This document shows, one piece after another, positions 62,380 to 64,000 of a stretch of DNA of 64,000 nucleotides. The DNA lies in assembly GCF_001194135.2 (NCBI RefSeq), contig NC_068989.1, forward strand, positions 49,475,976 through 49,539,975. Direction: 5' to 3'. The notes below the pieces were generated by a model. That model did no database searches, was not told where the DNA came from, and worked only from the letters and a program-made list of their open reading frames with translations. Source of the DNA: Octopus bimaculoides. Taxonomy: Eukaryota. The translations under genes and the position numbers were made by a program. Position 1 is the first letter of the stretch, and each line of letters starts with the position of its first letter.

Positions 62380-62990
62380 CAACACTCGTATCTGTACGTG
62401 AACAACCTCGTGTCCAAGATTTATTCAGATGCGTGACAAACGAACTCATACAGTGAGTATACAATGTTCAATAAAGTTATCTGAGATGAAGAAAAGGTTC
62501 TGAACAACTTGCTATGTTCCATGATAACATTGAGAAAATAGAAATAATTCAAGCTACAAGATTTACTTTCCACGGGCAATGGACGTAGAATACCATAGCG
62601 AGTTGCTGAATATCGAATTCATGTGCCTGGCTCTCTTTCCGAAGTTGACCTTGTTGCGTCGCGGAGAAGAGAGAAAAGAGGAAGTTCGAACGGGAATACA
62701 CGCTTAAATAGGTGATGTGCTACTAACGCCTCCTGTGTGTCGTTTTGTAGTTATGCCTAGTAAGTTAGCAAAGCGGGAGCTAACCACGTTCACTCGGAAT
62801 ATTCTAGGAGAGATAACTGTCGTTGATTCCCAACGAATATATTGTGTGCTTGTGAACCTGCTTCAAATAGTGTTACCTACAACTCTGGAGGAAGCAATTG
62901 TAACAAATTCTCCAAAACAAGTCAGAGACCTGTTTGCAGATCTTCCCATTAGGAGTCAGTGGCTTAAAAGCAATATACTAACTTAGAAGC
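62380..62990 (+). pseudogene. Possible degenerate retroelement ORF (ORF1/gag-like)
   Basis: Frame-shifted protein-like segments (AMFHDNIEKIEIIQATRFTFHG; RVAEYRIHVPGSLSEVDLVAS; PPVCRF) directly upstream of a direct repeat. Confidence 0.3.
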
Positions 62991-63909
62991 TTTAATGCCC
63001 TTTACTTAGATTTTTGAGGCCTTCCAATTTTGAACACTCTCAAGGCTGAAACTGTAATGATTATTTGAAGCTTGACTGAAAAATACAAAGCCACGAATGT
63101 TCCGTCCTAGTTTTCCTGTCCGTCTTTGTAGCGTCCTTCTGTCCGTATGTTTTCATTGTCGCCTGTTACGTTCTTGTTCCGTTTCTTTTTATTTATAAAT
63201 ACATATAGTGGCGTACGTACACCTTTTCTCAGTTTAAGTAAGTATATATCTAATTCTGTACGACTTCTTTCTTTCGTCTTTTCTTTTCTTCGCTCCATCT
63301 CTCACTTTCTTTCCATTTTTCTTTTTCTCGCTTCCCCTCTCTCACATTTCTTGGCATTCTCTTCTTTTAACCCCTCTACTTTCCTCTGTTATCTCCCTTG
63401 TATCTTCCCCCCCACCTCTCTCTCTTTCTCTTTCTCTAGTCTCTTCCCTAATTCTTCAATCCTTCTGCTCTTCCTACCTCTCTATGTTCCGCTGCTCGCA
63501 CAACACCTTATTTTCCTGTCTCCTGACTTTCATCTATGTTTGTTGCTGCAAGGCTTCCACTTCACACGCCAGCTTAACTTAACTTGTCCTTTTAGTCGAA
63601 AGACACTTGTTATTCTTGTTTGTATTTGTAATCGTGTAACAATTTCTCCGTTTTCTCGTTTTTGTCCGTGTTGTCGCTCATATTCGCTCGCTTTCTTCCA
63701 AAACTTTAATGCCCTTAGCTTAGATTTTTGGGGCCTACCAATTTTGAACAGTCTGAAGTGTAACAGGCCGAAACTATAATGATTATTGGAAGCTTGACTG
63801 AAGAATAAAAAGCCACGAATGTGCCGTCCTAATTTTCTTGTTCGTCTTTGTATCGTTCTTCTGTCCGTATGTTTTCATTGTCGTCCATTACGTTCTTGTT
63901 CCGTTTTTT
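62990..63909 (+). repeat. Diverged direct repeat pair (62990-63184 and 63704-63909) around a CT-rich spacer
   Basis: CTTTAATGCCCTT..CTTAGATTTTTG.GGCCT.CCAATTTTGAACA...GAAGCTTGACTGAA...GCCACGAATGT.CCGTCCTA...CCGTATGTTTTCATTGTCG...TTACGTTCTTGTTCCGTTT in both copies. Confidence 0.85.
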
Positions 63910-64000
63910 GGTGGACATTGGAATTAGACACTGAGGGAAAATGGCTGTAACTTTTTAATTTTGGCGATTTTCGTTTTCGATAATGTGTTCTGTATGTCAC
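63910..64000 (+). mobile_element. Left TIR of a second copy of the 28547-29661 element (runs off window)
   Basis: GGTGGACATTGGAATTAGACACTGAGGGAAAATGGCTGTAACTTT...TTTTCGTTTTCGATAATGTGTTCTGTATGTCAC, nearly identical to both TIRs of the first copy. Confidence 0.9.

Noticed and set aside
63147-63779. 210-aa plus ORF
   Set aside because: Low-complexity F/L/S translation of a CT-rich spacer; no domain features.

Overview
AT-rich, repeat-dense eukaryotic scaffold with about 15 N-gaps, mostly abutting (TA)n/(CA)n tracts. The SINE families match what I recall from Octopus (coleoid cephalopod); that assignment is from memory, not a search. No host protein-coding exon can be called with confidence: the long ORFs in the track are gap or microsatellite artefacts. 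The window holds many copies of three main SINE families plus a fourth, MIR-like tRNA-SINE. It also holds a 5'-truncated CR1-type LINE RT relic (55.3-56.4 kb, minus), piggyBac-, hAT- and Tigger-type MITEs, HINE/Helitron-like pieces, and unclassified TIR elements. CpG is depleted left of about 29.7 kb, except for a CpG-rich promoter-like patch with an NRF1-type motif at 12.1 kb, and retained to the right. The main find is a palindromic (foldback) element in three copies (25.6, 36.9-37.3, 57.8-58.3 kb). Each arm carries a minimal type I hammerhead ribozyme motif of the Penelope-associated, dimer-cleaving kind (consensus GACAC-CUGANGA-A-GGCUG-loop-CAGCC-GAAAC-GUU/GUGUU). In the most complete copy the hairpin loop is exactly a tRNA-derived Pol III promoter. 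This suggests a tRNA-headed, hammerhead-bearing, non-autonomous Penelope-dependent retroelement that integrates as a foldback.
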